DNA of 64,000 nt from Chiloscyllium plagiosum (taxonomy: Eukaryota). The translations under genes and the position numbers were made by a program. The notes under the pieces are model-generated. The model was not told the DNA's origin, ran no database searches, and was given only the letters and a program-made list of their open reading frames with translations. The DNA lies in contig NC_057728.1 of NCBI RefSeq assembly GCF_004010195.1, forward strand, positions 44,852,286 through 44,916,285, read 5' to 3'. Below are positions 63,701-64,000 of the stretch, piece by piece (the stretch's first letter is position 1; the number at the start of each line of letters is the position of its first letter).

Positions 63701-64000
63701 CTCCTGCTCTCTGACATTTCCATGGTGATTGGGAGAAGCAACGGAGGAGCTTGGAGGGAGGAGGATTGGAAGGGAGTTGTGGAGGGAGAGGAGTGGAAGA
63801 GAGAATAGTAAGGAGCCCTGGATGGCATGGTGAGTGGGAGGGAGCAAGAACAGTGTTTCTGTTCTTTTCTGTTTTGATGCAGGCAATTATTTGGGGCAAG
63901 TCCATAGGATGACATGCAGGGAGCTATCAGGACACAATGTGGGAATAGGGCCATGTAAGAGAAGGAATGTCAGTCAGGTTGGGTAAAAAATGAAAGGTCA

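Noticed and set aside
1..64000. CRISPR arrays, operons or prokaryotic defence systems
   Set aside because: Sequence is vertebrate repeat-rich DNA; no repeat-spacer array or gene-dense region

Overview
Repeat-rich vertebrate genomic DNA, almost certainly from a cartilaginous fish (shark): it carries HE1-type V-SINEs, HER1-like CR1 LINEs and Deu-domain (SacSINE1-like) SINEs. It reads as a large intron or intergenic region. No intact, nameable protein-coding gene is present, and most listed ORFs are transposon remnants or low-complexity artefacts. Contents: many CR1 LINE fragments, one nested near-full-length copy spanning a 500-N gap; L2/CR1-group LINEs; a near-full-length decayed RTE LINE; solo LTRs; and several Penelope-like (GIY-YIG) families whose ends carry minimal hammerhead-ribozyme cores. 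The most notable item is a decayed endogenous retrovirus-like element on the minus strand (~22.1-27.3 kb). It has an RT thumb, a tether domain, a second RNase H and an integrase, followed by an env-like gene with a Cys-rich ectodomain, heptad repeat and TM, which may be lokiretrovirus-like (inference). Three phase-compatible small candidate exons lie on the + strand in repeat-free, CNE-like DNA; the gene is unidentified. Several short templated or locally copied insertions sit at repeat junctions. All family assignments come from motif recognition by eye, and boundaries are approximate unless a TSD is given.
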